The position numbers were made by a program, and so were the translations under genes. The notes beneath the pieces were generated by a model. That model searched no databases, was not told where the DNA came from, and worked only from the letters and a program-made list of their open reading frames with translations. 64,000 nt of DNA from assembly GCA_035084275.1 (NCBI GenBank), contig CM068749.1, forward strand, positions 12,648,001 to 12,712,000, given 5' to 3'. Below, one piece after another: positions 42,291 to 56,075 of the stretch. Source of the DNA: Hydrolagus colliei. Taxonomy: Eukaryota. How positions within the stretch are numbered: position 1 is the first letter of the stretch; every line of letters begins with the position of its first letter.

Positions 42291-45200
42291 TCAGATAGTA
42301 TTGATTCATTTGATAGGAAACTAGACCTTCAGATGAGGGAGAGGGGAATAGAACAGTATGGGAGGGAATAAATACTTGTGTGGAAGATGAATAACTGTGT
42401 GAAGTATAATCACTGGCATAGTCTGGTTGGTCCAAGTGGCCTGTTTCCATGCTGCACATTCTTTATAAACATGTTTGTAAAGATCCTCGGTTAGCTCTTC
42501 CTGTTTTGAAAAGCAACATAGTACAATACAATTTACATTTATACAGTGCCTTTCACATCAGGAAGATGTCCCAAAGCGCAAACATGTGCAAATGTTCCTA
42601 CATCTGTTAGCCACATCTGAAAGGCATGGACTGCTGCCGCATCTTGTTGATGCAGCAGAACACCTGTGTCTACTTTAATCTGATGTAGCCTTGTAGTACA
42701 TAAGAAAAAAGACGCTATTTCCCTTCCACCTGCTCTGCATACAACAAAAGAATGAAGATAGAACACTCTAACAGCTTTTCTAAAAACACTGGAGCCAGTA
42801 ACATTGCCAATTTGTATCTTGGGAAGCTTAATTTGTTTTCTAGAAATACAAAAATGCATTAAGGCAAATATCTGATTGAGAATTAAAAGTGAAGGGCAAT
42901 CGTTTTCAGTTGTATTACTGCAGTTAACAAGCTTAAGAATCAACCGGATATTCTCAACCCGATAAGAGTGGGTGGTTCATTTCCTTTCGACTTTGTTTCT
43001 GGGTATTATTTGCTCCTGATATACATGCTTTGCCACTGCAGTTTGCAGCATTAAGTGGAACAAACAGCAAAATAAAAAGTTCTATGTGGACTGTTTTGGA
43101 GAGGTGGCCTATGAGCTACATAACAATTGTTGGATCATGCATCAAATGTTAGACAGAATACAGTACTTAACTCTGAGCTCCATTTGTTAACAATTCACCA
43201 AGCACAGATCTAATTCCCAGCTAACTACCCTAGTTACTACTTTCCTAATCTGATAATACATCAAAGAATTAGATGTCTATTGAAAGTTTTCAGAATTCTA
43301 TATGTCAGCGATGTATGTTGGATACAAATGTTAAAATGTTGTTTGCTTCACTTTGCTTTGAGAGTTTGTCCCTGAAATATACATGATGTGTTGTTGCCTC
43401 TTTAAAAGCCAGCTTTATTCATTTTTATAACAATCACAAGCATAACTTTTCTCTGCAGGCTCTGTTTTTCTCCCCTTCTACTACCAGTACAGCACAGATA
43501 GAATACTTCTCTTCCGTTAACTCTGAAGGCTTTCTTCACATGACTTTCTGCAATTGCTCAATTTTTCTCAAGGCTGACGTAAGGTTGTATCTTGCAGGAA
43601 ATTTTACTTTTTTTTTAGATAGTCTTGTTTCTCTTCTGTCATAGTGATGGACTAGCAGCCTTTTGCTTGGTGCTCTATTATCCATTTGTGCAGTTTAAAT
43701 CTTTAAAATGTTTTTGGAGCGGTTGTGTTAATGTAACTGTGATCTGAGGACTAAAGGAATAGGGCCACATTCAGATAATATCTTCCGGTTCATTCTATTC
43801 CAATCACTGAGTGATTCGCAGACCAGCCTTCAATTATGAGAAGAGATCTGTTATAAGGAATCTCTGTAAATCTTATACCACCAGAATAAGAGGATCTAAA
43901 ATACTTTCTTTGTAATTTTTCTTATTAATTCAACAATATTGCAGAGTATTTTTGTAAAAAACATACTTCTGGAACGGTGACTGGGTATCTTGCAAGAGAC
44001 CATAGTCATTCCGAGACTCTGTCCAGCCTGAAGGCCGCAATATAAATACAAGTTGCTGGTGTCACAGAAGATGTATGAATAATGTATAAATGAGAAGTAG
44101 ACATATACTGTACTTGGACAATGGAGGTTTTAATTGGGATTAAAAGATCAGCCAAGATTTAGTAAACTGGAGGAACTGGCTCAATATGCTTTTTTTCTCC
44201 TATGTTCCTAAGAGTTGCAATCGTCTTCAGTTATGAAAATGTATTTCCTTTTGGGGTAGGCATTTTGTATTCTGATTCTGTATATTTTCAGAAGTAGAGA
44301 TGATAAATTGTTTAATCAGTGTTTTATTTGGCTAGAAATACAAAGTAAATAACTGAAAGATGGAAGAAGGGAATAGCATGGCTTTAGAACTTAACACAGT
44401 TTGGTTAATACTGTTGCTTTTGTAAAGCTCTTGAACACCTATTTATATGCAGTAGGACCAATGAGCGAAGCCTCTATACTTGGATTGTACATCATCTAGT
44501 TTATGATTCAGGTAATAACCTGTTGGTTAAGTTTACCTTGTATTGTCGGGATGTTGCACTTTCCTCAGGGGAACCAGCTCAATCTGTAGTTAATTGCTGT
44601 GCACAGTAAACATTCCTGACAGTGACTTACAACAAAGGCCACGACTTGTGACCTTGGAGCTTTAATTTGTCGTATAAAGGTGGCAGCTGTTAGTTTTATG
44701 TCTACAGTGACCCTTTTAATGGGCAATATTTCACAATTAAGAGTTTATGGAGGCCATTTTAAATTGATGACCTGGTACTGTTAATAGAATTCTTCATGTC
44801 TTCAAGGAAGAGTGCAAATGCATAAATGGTACAAACTGCTCTAAAATGTTGCACAGAGGAGGAGAGATGGAGGATGGTTCTAAGAGATTTTTTAAAATAA
44901 ATTCTGAATAAGCTTGTGTGAACTAATTAAAAGGCACACAAAGAACAGAACATACTGTTATATACATTTTGTTCTAACAACCGATTTTGTTTCCCAAGAC
45001 TGACTTGTGTTGAAAGGTTCTAATTGATTTTGAACAATAATTTTCACTGGCTTTTCTTCAAGATTTGTGAAATCCAGTTTAATACAGGTCTTCAGCCTTT
45101 GGCTATGAGCTGTTGTTCAGAATTAGCCAGTAGCCATTAAAACTAGACCAGTTTAATCCTGCTGAGTTCTTTCTTAATTTTTTTATTCTAACAGAGTTTC

Positions 45201-47884
45201 AAATTATTGCATTTCACCACTATGCTTCTCCCTACAACCTCTTCTAAAAATATTGGACTAATTTTTGTTCCTCTGCTATTATGGTTCCCGTTGCATCAGT
45301 TACCTTCTGGCATCTCATCCAAATAACTCATATTCACAAAGCAAAATAATACTACCACTGCTTTGACCATGGTTAGTTTTGCATAAATGACAAGGGCAGT
45401 GCCTACCACTATTCAGGTGTGTTTAAACCAAAAATGTATTGTTGAGTATCCCCCTTTCTTGTCAACATTTTTTTTCTGCAATAGTTGTCTCTTTGACAAT
45501 GAACTCTGAGATTGTTGACATTGAGTATGAAAATAAACTCTTGATGAATAGAGAGAAGGATTGAAAGGCGCAAGGTTGATGTATCAAAGAAAAGAACAAA
45601 GCTCATATTGAATTCACACGTGAAAATGTGAGCTTCTGCAGACAAGCTGCACATAAAACTCACAGCTGCAATGTGTGTTAGCTTTTTTTTATAAATTAAA
45701 AAAAATTCTGATGGTGCAAATTTTTTCCCAGGTCTGTGCAGTTTTTAAGATGCATGATCCTTGTTTAGAATTGGAAAGAGTTTCCTTATAAAAATTGGTG
45801 CAGAGTTTATGGGATTGGATGTGATATGTTCTTTGGCTATATAGTTCTGTAACTGTGGAATTGTAGACTTATTGCTGTAGAGCTTGAATTCTAGTTCAAT
45901 AGGTTTTATTTGGGTTCACTGAGACCTGAGGATTAAATCTGGTGATGGGAGAGGAATATATCTTACTCTACCACTCCTTTCACACTTAACAGTTCCACTT
46001 TAAGTGCTGCTCAGGCAAATCGAAAGAGAGAAGAGAAAACAAGGATGATTTCTCATGGGCCTTGAAAACCAAGGGTAAGTATACCATTTGACCTTGGGCT
46101 CACTCTTTACATCGATGTGCATTAAAAATTCACCAACTGCAATTCTTTAAAATAAAAACTCCTGATTCTTTCTTCAGTACATTCACATAACATTCTTGCA
46201 CATGTTCACCAGACTTTGTAAATTTCAGAACAACCTGAGCTTCATATTACAACAACCTATATAGAACAGGCCCTCCCACATAACATTTTCCCCCTAATTA
46301 CAACACAAGGTGATGCATAATGAAAGCAAACTAAATGTCAACACTCATTTGCTGTTTAACTTTTTCCAGCCCACTCAGCAGGATGAAGGAGTTTGGTTGA
46401 GGCCTGCAGAAGTCTAGACAATTGGATCAATCTCCAAGTATAACCCTTTTCATCCCACACAGTTCAAATTGTGACTGAATAAATGTCTAGTCAGAACGTG
46501 AATGGCAAACAAGCTTACCTTTTTAAAACTTTTGATTTCTAAGGATGTAGGCAGAGAAAAATTAAAAAAAAAGCTGACAATTTAACCAGTGGTATTGTGG
46601 TTTAGAGTAAGGACCAGTGTAGTACCAGTTGCTGAGCAACACAATTCCACAGTAAATCACAGTAATGTCCAGTCTTTTCACTACACATGTGACTACCCAG
46701 AATCTGCATTGGCCTGCAAGTACAGTCAGTATCCTTTCACTATTTTAGTTGCTTTTAAGATGCATTGAATTCTGAGAGAGACAGTTGTAGAGAGCCCTGC
46801 TGAAGGAATGTGCCATTATCAGCATAATGCATTAGGAAGGTGGCCCACTGCCCGAGAAAGATAAATTTTGCTGCAGTAGATTTAATACATAATATAATAC
46901 AGTAACATGTGATAATACCATGACTTATTCTGGTTCCTTATTTCATTGTGCCATGTTAGGATTGAAAATGTGGTGTTGCAATCTAGAAGTTACTGATAGG
47001 TTGTGAAAACTGCACTTTTAACCTTATTGTATTTTGTCAAATTTTGTGGACTACTTCATGTAAACTAGGTAGGAAAAGGACGATGTGGGTGGTGGGATGA
47101 ATTAATCTGACAGATTAATGTTTGGCTTGTGCACCCAGCTTCATACGTGCTTGTTAGAAGCAGCTTGGCACACTATTGCAACACCCTAATTGCTGGCTAC
47201 TTTTGCCTTGTGCATTTATCAAACCAGTTGCTTTGTGGGTGATGAGTACTGTAGTACTGTGCAGAACTGTTGCACATTCTAGTTCAGAGTGTGACTTCTG
47301 CATATAGTTGAAATGACTTTTTTTTTAACAAGTGATCCTTGTGAGTGGGGGATTTTAGTGTGGTTTCCTTGTGCCTTACAGCTATTTCAAGCATTTTCCT
47401 GAGTTCTTTCAAAAATGTAGTTCTCTTCTGCGATGGCCTCCGCATATTAGCTCCAAAAATAACACAGGATTAACCGTCCCAGTATAGAATGTTATTCTTA
47501 AAACGCCGCAAGCAAAATGAATGATTATTCCAGACCACGGCATGAAATGAAAAGCTGCAATATATTAAGGGCTCACTTGTCAAAAACAATTACTTGTAAA
47601 TTGTGAAATGGATGTTGGTAAAGCTAGAGACTTAAGAAGTTTTATACAGAGTACAGCTGCTTTCATATTTCTCAGTGCAATTGCCACCAAGAACATACAC
47701 CTCATAACCATTTCTATATCTTTAGAAATGTGCCAATGCAGTTGGGCCAATTTGTTTTTCTCTGTAGCCAAACGAACAATAGCCTTAAGTTAAAAGGTGA
47801 TACTTATAAGTAAGATTCCAGTCTTGTATGTGGTACTTTTAACTTACATTTTTTGAAGCTTCTCTACCTTCCCGTAACGATTTG

Positions 47885-48000
47885 GACACCATGTTTCGCC
47901 CACAAATATACAGTCAATTCACTATACAGTTTATTCTGTGAAGTGCCTTGAGATGTCTAGAAGATGTGAAAAGTGCTTTATCAAATGCAAGGATTATTAA
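47885..48000 (+). mobile_element. SINE 3' fragment
   Basis: gtttcgcccacaaatatacagtcaattcac...atcaaatgcaaggattatta. Confidence 0.85.
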
Positions 48001-51000
48001 TGTAAAGAACACTTGTTTTAAGTTTTAAGAGAACCAAGGATGTGTGCATGGAATGCATGTCAATTTGAAGAACTAAGGGGGCATTGACTTTGTCTCATCA
48101 AGTATCAGATGGTTTGCAACAAGCTCCACAGTGGAAGGATTAGATGCTATTTGAGGCGTGGGCCAACTCATACTTGTGACTATAAAAACGCATCAACATT
48201 GGTTTCTGAGAACCCAAGGCTCAGCCTACTCATGCCTATGTTTCAGAGAATACCATTGGATGCCAGAAGAATTACAGAAAAAAATTAAAATTATTTTGTA
48301 AAAAATCAATCCTAAGCAGTGCAGCTATTTCTGTATTCTGTTGTGTACTTGCCTTTCTTGATCTTGCAAGTGCAAGTTCCGCTGAGTAATATCCTGTTAA
48401 ACATTCTGCTGATAGATGCCGGGCAGTATTAGGAAACCAATTGCAACAGTTGCCAATTTTCATTTACATTGCTTGTGCAATACATAAAACCCCCAGAATG
48501 TCACTGTTGTAAGATAATATGGGTTCAGAGCTGCTTTTGCAGAGAAACAGGTGCATTGTAGTGGTTGTCAGGCTGTTATATGGCAAATATCCAAGTTTGT
48601 TTAGGAAAAAAAGGTATGTCTTGGTAATGTCAAAGAACCCCATCTTGTCTGTTTTGTCTTTGCAGCAGATGAAGATTTTTGGAAACAGCTGTTAAACAAC
48701 AGGGTGGGACCCAGACTGCATGTTCTCTTCATGAAAATACATGGTTTGGCTCTGTTTAACAAAGCGCTTCTTTCTGAGTGTTAACTTAATGAACAGTTTG
48801 CTAGCATGGGTATTTATAGAATATCCTCTTTCAAATCTGTGCCAAAAACTCGTATTAACCCCTTGAAAGCTGGGTCTCTTTTGGTACGATTTCATCCATA
48901 CAGTTTTGCGTTGATTATCAAATCTGTTCCTGAAAGTAGTTTTCTACTTGGTCACTCTTGTTGCCATTGCTTGTAGACATGTCTACCTCTCCTCATCTGT
49001 CAACACAGCAACCAAATCAAAAATGAAATGTATTTTACTTGTTCTGAATAAAGGTTTTGTGTTAATCCCTCTGTGACTAGCTGCTGGATTATTCACTTGA
49101 ACACGTTTTGATCCCATGTCCATATTCTCAGTCAAACTCATTATAAACACACCAATGTCACCTGAGCACCATTGTAAATGTTTGCAACAACTGCAAGACA
49201 TTTTGCTCCCAGAAAATCGCAGCAAGCTTTTGATTAATTGCTCATCCATGTTAGCCTAGAAACATTCATTACATTTACATTAAATCCTGTGAAGCAATCC
49301 TTTGAGGCTTTTTGACGATGTGATAAGGCGCTATATCAAATGCAAGGATTATTAACAGTCAGAGTACCACAAATGTGAGATAGACTGAAGCTCTGTGTTC
49401 TAATTTGTATTAATGTTCTGTGATCTCTTTAAAAGAGTAAATAAATAATAGGTGTCAAAACTATTTCTGAAAGAACAAACAAATTACAATTGTTGTTTGA
49501 GCAAATGTGTTTAAAAGTGTTTAGAAGTTTTTCAACCTGCTTTTTGGTGTAGCGATTGACTATATGATTATCACCATGTTGAATTCCTCTAATAAGCCCC
49601 CATAATCACGGAGCCAATTGACACCTATCTATGAAGAATTGTTCTTTGACTAGATATAGGAAGGCTGTTGACTCTAGTAGCATGTCAACAATATCAGGAG
49701 ACGAAATGGAAACATTGCGAAAATAAACCTAGACTTGAAAATATGACAAATATTTTAAAGTGGGCAGTTTCCTAACCCCAATCCCAACCCAAGTGCTTAT
49801 CCAGCACTGTGATAGACTTTGAGAAGTCCTCCTGTCTTGAAAGTCGCAATGTAAATTGCCTTGTAGCTTGTAGCAGGTTTCAGTACCACTTCCAGTTATA
49901 ATATTTGGGGCCTAATTCTGTGGCAGGTGTGAATACTCTTGTGCTGTTCATGTAACTCCTCTCCCAAGTGTCCAGAATCATTCCCAAGACAACAACAACA
50001 AAATTACATTTATAGCGCGCCTTTCACATTGGGAGGACCACCAAATAGCTGTGGCAGAAAATAACTTTATAGCCAGAATAATGTGCAGTACACTTTGTGG
50101 CTTAGATAATTGTTTCATTATGAGCTCTGTGTTGAAAGAGCAGCAGGCTTCTTTATTTGGAGTTGTATTTTATTGTATAGAAGATAAACAGTCTATTTTA
50201 AAGTAAGTTGAAATTCACTTGGCCTTGTGAAGGATGGGGAAACTTTATTCATTGTATTTTTTCTGCTTGTAAATCATGTGATGCACTGTGGTTGTAGGCT
50301 GGGCTTCCTTTTATTCAAACACATTACAACCACAACTGTTACAGAATAGCTCACTGCAATAATTTTGAGTGCCTCAGAATGGGCCCAAGAATAACATAAG
50401 TGTGAAATGAAGTTGATTGTTTAAACTGTAAACATCAATTCAAATTAGTCTTTACAGTCAGAATGAAATTCCCACCAGCAGACTTTTTTTTAATGGATTT
50501 TTGCTTTAAACGACTTGATCTCTCTTACTTGCAAATTGGACACCAGCAGTCTGGGTGTGAATATAGATAAGTCACTTCCTCCAGGGAGTCTGTCTTTTTT
50601 TTCTTCCCTCCCAACTCCCCCAATGATGGATCTAATGTAATCCAATCCTCCTCTCCTGCTCATTCCTCATACCTTTCAGTATTCCAATATCCTGACGTGA
50701 GTTTCCACAAATGCCTCTGTCAAGCAGGAGGAATTTCTTTGTTCAACTCTCATTGCCACTTGAACAGCTTGTTGTTCTGGGGGTTGTGCATGTTGTTCCG
50801 AAATGTAACCAGATTTAAGACTTTTAATAAAAATTGCTCACTGAGCTGATGCAATACTTTTATCTTCTTACAGAAAGTTGTTTGTCTTTGAACGATTGCG
50901 CTCTCTTCCCTTTCTCTCCTTCACCCCACCCCCCATTTATAACTTCTGTCTGCAGCCACTGCACTTTACAGTGAATCCACGGTAAGTGCTTTGACACGTC

Positions 51001-51904
51001 CTTCCAATGTTAAAGGCATTATATCAAATGTAAGCAGATTGTGAATTGCTCTTGGTAAAGTATGTGTGAGATGGGCAGCACTCTTCCTTGGATCGAGAGC
51101 TCCATCTGGTGAAATAACTGGATCACCTGAGCATTTTACATGCTTTGTTGCATTTGGTTCTGTGGCTTATCTTTGGTCTCTTTAATATTAACCCATTTAA
51201 GTTACTTGGTTCCTGTTGATCAGGGAGATTGGAGGAAGTCTTCATACATTCAAGTCTAACAATGAAATTTAAGATTTTGTTTTGCAAATATGAACAATCT
51301 AAATTTTTTAGGCAGAATGATTTTGCATACCAAGAGTAAGTGATGTTTTTAGCCTCTTTGTCCTCTAATGAATGACACCTATACTTGTGAGATTCAATCT
51401 TGTTTGCTGCTTATGTACAACAGCTACCTCTTGTCCATTTCATCATCATGACTTGGCCTGACGTACATTTTCCTCAGATCTTTCTCAAACCTCAAATTTC
51501 CCAAGAAGTACTGTAGATGAAATGACAGTCAAAGAGCTTGATACATACTATTGGCTAAATAAATACTTTTGTTAATAAAAAATATTCCTATGATATTTAT
51601 CAAGATCAACTCTTCATAGATTTTTTAAAATAACTTGTTTAGTTGCATTTAGTTAGATCTAGTGCTTAAAGTGGGACTGTATTGTACCGAATTTTTAAAT
51701 GCAATGTAAGTTAGGTTTATTATATATATATATTGTATATTTTTTTATTTTTTTATTTATTTCCCCCACCACCACCCCCGGTACTGTCTCATACCTTATT
51801 TATTAAGTGCTTTTCATATCCATTGATGGTAAGAGTACAGTACTGTACTGCCAAAGTAGCTATTAAAAACAAGCATGTAAATCAAGAAAACTGGTTCTGC
51901 TAGA

Positions 51905-52105
51905 AACAACAACAAAATTACATTTGTACAGTATAGCACTTTTCATGTCAAGTGGATGTCCCAAGGACCTGGACAGTCAATGTTTTAGATCCGAGCTGGG
52001 GTCAGGATTAGGGAGGGAAGAGGGAAAGGAGGGGATTTGGGGAGACCGATGGGACGGTTGAAGAGGAGGGTTTTGAAGTGAGACTTGAAGGAGGCTAGGG
52101 TGGAG
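51905..52105 (-). mobile_element. L2 LINE 3' fragment
   Basis: aacaacaacaaaattacatttgtaca...ggatgtcccaagg...ccgagctggggtcagg. Confidence 0.82.
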
Positions 52106-52749
52106 TAATAATTTATATTTGCATTTGACTTGGTGCAAGATGTTTCAAAGTCACAATGTTGCAAAGAGCTTCACAGGAATTTCCTGTGAAGTTGAGTATC
52201 TAATTGTAGGCAGTAAAATTAGACATGCAAATTATTAGCAATGGTCCAGAAGCTTGACCTTAAACCTTTTCATGTTTGCTGACATGCCTTATTTTTAAAG
52301 AAAATTTAAAAAGACCTACAGATGTTCTCCTTGCATTTTTAGAAAAAAAAGAAAATGAACTTGAGAAGAAGTGTTGAACCAGAGAAATAGTATTAAGGGA
52401 TACTAAATTTGAGTTTAATTTTCTGTTTGAATCTGAACAATTCCTGTCCCCTTCAATGCCTGCATCCCGGTTTGTGCATGCAGCAGTGACCTCCAGTGGG
52501 CAGTAAAATATTCAACTCTACCGATCATTTATGGTAGGCAAATGTAACTAAGATCTATTCAGCCCCCACAACTGCTGAACATAGGTCTCATTGCAAACTC
52601 TTTATTAGCTTGTTCTATGCTTAATTGTTCTATGCTTCAATTAAGCATAGAGCAATCAAGTGATTTTGAATGGATTAATATTGTTTTCAAGTATGCCTCT
52701 ATTCAGTCCACAAGATGAATTTCATCTTACTCTATTAGGTTTCAACCTG

Positions 52750-53135
52750 GTAGACTCAGAAGGCTGCGGGTTCTAGCCCCACATCAGGACTTTGAGAGCA
52801 AATCTATGCTGATGCTTCAATACAGTACTGGGAAAGTGCTGTACTGTTGGAGAAGGTGTCCTTTGGATGAGATGTCAAATGATCCTCCCAATGTGAAAGG
52901 CACAGTTTAATTGTATTTGTCTTGTTCAGGTGGATGCTAAAAATCCAATGCCATTTTTTGAGAAGTGTTTTTTCTGTTTGGTCATTCAATTGTGGGAAAA
53001 GATCATATTCTTGCATTTCATTGATCTTTCCATTGGGTTAGAAGGGCCTCATTTATAATACAGTATATTCTGTGCAGGGCTTTGAGACGTCTAGAAGATC
53101 TGATAAGGCACTATATCAAATGTAAGAATTATTAT
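52750..53135 (+). mobile_element. Deu-domain SINE remnant plus SINE tail
   Basis: gactcagaaggctgcgggttctagcccc head; cagtactgggaaagtgctgtactgttggagaaggtgtcctttggatgagatgt core. Confidence 0.65.
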
Positions 53136-54770
53136 ACAATTTACACTTGTACAATGCTTTTCATGTCAGGAGGATGACCCATTGTACTTCACAAATCTGA
53201 ATGCAAAGTGAAACTGAGGGTAGGAGGCAAGCCAGGATTTAGGGTTAAGCTATGGTTATGACATATGGATCGCTTTAAATTCTGTTTGTCACTCAAAGTT
53301 ATTGATGGGTATCATCACTATGTGGAGCCTGCCAGTATATTCACTCATGTCTATTTCTCACTTCATGGTTCAGTAGTGCTGTGATTAATCTGGTTTTAAC
53401 CTGTAGAGTGCACTCTAGTGATTGTGTTTCAGATTTTTATCAGCCACAAAATGACTCTGTAAACAGAAAGTGCAAGGTCTGCAAAAATGTTTTATATTAA
53501 AAGTAGTGGGGGATGATGTTGAATGAATATTTAAAATGAATTGACCGGGGATGGAATAGAAGAAAGTAATGTACTGATCCCTCAGTACTGATGATGATCA
53601 GTAACCCATAATTTGGTTAACTTTTTTCAGGGTTCATATTACAGCAATAAATCCTGATGTTCCGAGTAAGTTTATTACACTACAGGAGTCTGTTGCTGCA
53701 ACCACCTCAGGTCTCTTATCTGTCTCTTATTGTGAGGTTGTGAGGATGATTTCCTTCTATAGCCATGTTTTCTTTTCAATAGCTGACTCAGTCATTTGCC
53801 TGGGCATAAGCTTGATGATACATGATGGTGAATATTGTTTGAATGCTTCAACAGTCCTTTGGCACTATTCACACACGTTTTATCACCTTCCTTCATAGTT
53901 GTCCATCACATCCTGTGAGATGGGAGAGCTTCTACATATAGATCATCATGCTTAGTTTTCATATCTGATCAAAAAACACACACACCGCTTTAAATGGGTG
54001 TTCATCTGCAACTCATCTTTTTTCCTTTTACTCCCATGTCTTGCAACTTCCTCACTGTGAAACAGTGAATGGGTAAGTTAGTAACATTCAGTGTCTCTCC
54101 AGGTGTTCTATGCTTACTTCTTGTCCTCCTCGATTTCTCTGCCACCTTCAACACTGCCTCTCCTTTCAGCTCAATCTTTGCGGACCTGCCCTTGCCTGAT
54201 TCGACTTACTTCTCCCACTGTCTCCGCTTTGTCACCACTAACTGCTTCTCCTCTAGCCCACGCAACGTCATGTATGGCGTACCCCAGGGTTCTGTCCTTG
54301 GCCCTCTCCTTTTCAACATCTATATGCTTCCCCCTTAGTGACATCATCTGCAGACATGATGTCAACTTCTATATGTATGCAGTAGGGAACGGCGATTAAT
54401 CGGTTTTTCGATTAAACCCGATGTGATTTTCACATCGGTGTGCCGATATGGTAATTCTAAAAAAACTGTTATATCGAGGGATTCGATTTTAAAAATATAC
54501 ATCGATATATTTTTAATATCGTTCCTGGCAATATATCAATATTGTTGGTATTATCAGTGTAATGCGATCTTTTCCAGCTTACCTTGTCGCCAGCATTGCA
54601 ACCTCCTAGATCTAGAGCATGGAATGCGCGTACATTCGGTGCGCGCGCACAATTAACGCGCGCCCACATCCGATGCGCGCGCACACTTTACTGTGTACAC
54701 TCGACTTGAGTCGTGGCGTCTTAACAAAGTCGGATCGCTGAAAATTGTTTGAAAATTTACCTTTCTCATC

Positions 54771-55135
54771 ATGGGGAAAAGAAGCCCCGTATGGGACACT
54801 TTGAAAACAATGCAGTCAGTAATGGTGTGTATAGATGTACAGTTTGCAAGGCCTTGGTTAAGACATCTGATTCGAGCACGAGCAGCCTGCGACAACACAT
54901 TAAGCAGCACCACCCCGCACAGCACGCTGCCCTCAGAGTGAAATCATTGTCGACAACAGCAGGAAGTCGAACCAGCGCTTCGGAGAAAGCGACAGGTAGT
55001 GGGGCCAGTGCAGCTCAAACAATTCCTGCTTTATTTAAGAGGAGAACATTGTACCAGAGAGGGGGCAAAAAGTGGCAAAGTATCACGAACGCTGTCACTT
55101 TTTGCATAGCAAAGGAGAGCTTGCCAATGGCGAAG
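54771..55135 (+). pseudogene. hAT transposase N-terminal fragment with BED zinc finger (frameshifted, truncated)
   Basis: ATG at 54771 gives MGKRSPVW; a 1-nt shift then gives HF...YRCTVCKALVKTSDSSTSSLRQHIKQHHP (W..F, CxxC, TS.L..H....H of BED), followed by ITNAVTFCIAKESLP, typical of ZBED1/Ac-type transposases. Confidence 0.85.
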
Positions 55136-55424
55136 GACATTAATTCAGACTTCAGACTACATAAAAATAAGTGGCATTTTGTGGCTGTAAGTGTTATTTT
55201 TGTGTGTGACAGAGAAGCCAGATTATCACTGTATGTGTGTGTCTAGTCAGACACACACAGCAGTGATAATCTGGCTTCTAACTCTAACAGTCAGACTGTC
55301 TGTCTCTCTTCTATTGTAATAGATCTCATTTACACGTGGACATTACATGCTACTTTCAAGCAAGAAATGGAGGAGAATAAATCTCTAGATTTTGTTTTTG
55401 GTGTGTGTGTGTTCTATTTTGTGT

Positions 55425-56075
55425 TTAGAGATGGAGGGAGAGAAGGAGAGGGGGAAAGTTGGGAGAGAAGGAGAGAGGAAGAGAGAAGGGGGAGGGAGAG
55501 AAGGAGAGGGTGAAAGGAGGGAGAGAAGGAGCGAGGGGAAAGGAGGGAGAGAAGGAGAGAGGGGAGGGAGGGAGGGACAGAAGGAGAGAGGGGAAAGGAG
55601 GGAGAGAAGGAGAGAGGAAGAGAGGAGAGGGGGAAAGGAGGGAGAGAAGGAGCGAGGGGAAAGGAGGGAGGGAGAGGGGGAAAGGAGGGAGGGAGAGGGG
55701 GAAAGGAGGGAGGGAGAGGGGGAAAGTTGGGAGAGAAGGAGAGAGGAAGAGAGGAGAGGGAGGGAGAGAAGGAGAGGGGGAAAGGAGGGAGAGAAGGAGA
55801 TGGGGGAGGGAGGGACAGAAGGGAGGGAGAGAAGGAGAGAGGGGAGGGAGGGAGAGAAGGAGAGAGGGGAGGGAGGGCGGGAGAGAAGGAGAGGGGNNNN
55901 NNNNNNNNNNNNNNNNNNNNNNNNNNNNNNNNNNNNNNNNNNNNNNNNNNNNNNNNNNNNNNNNNNNNNNNNNNNNNNNNNNNNNNNNNNNNNNNNNNNN
56001 NNNNNNNNNNNNNNNNNNNNNNNNNNNNNNNNNNNNNNNNNNNNNNNNNNNNNNNNNNNNAGAGGGGGAGGTAGA
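55425..56075. repeat. Purine-rich GA minisatellite (GGAGAGAAGGAGAGGGGGAAAGGAGG-type units) containing an assembly gap (N at 55897-56060)
   Basis: Directly visible. Confidence 0.95.

Larger units (their letters stand above)
41450..42470 (+). mobile_element. Old CR1 3' region interrupted by a MITE (41517-41927) and an antisense SINE (~42116-42290)
   Basis: aataggttaggactttt, accaggggacac (TRGH), gtagaattctctgc (WNSLP-like), terminal ggcctgtttccatgctg. Confidence 0.6.

Noticed and set aside
29655-46100. Scattered TGACCTTG (NR5A/ERR) sites suggesting NR5A2 autoregulation
   Set aside because: A handful of 8-mers in 64 kb is about what chance predicts.
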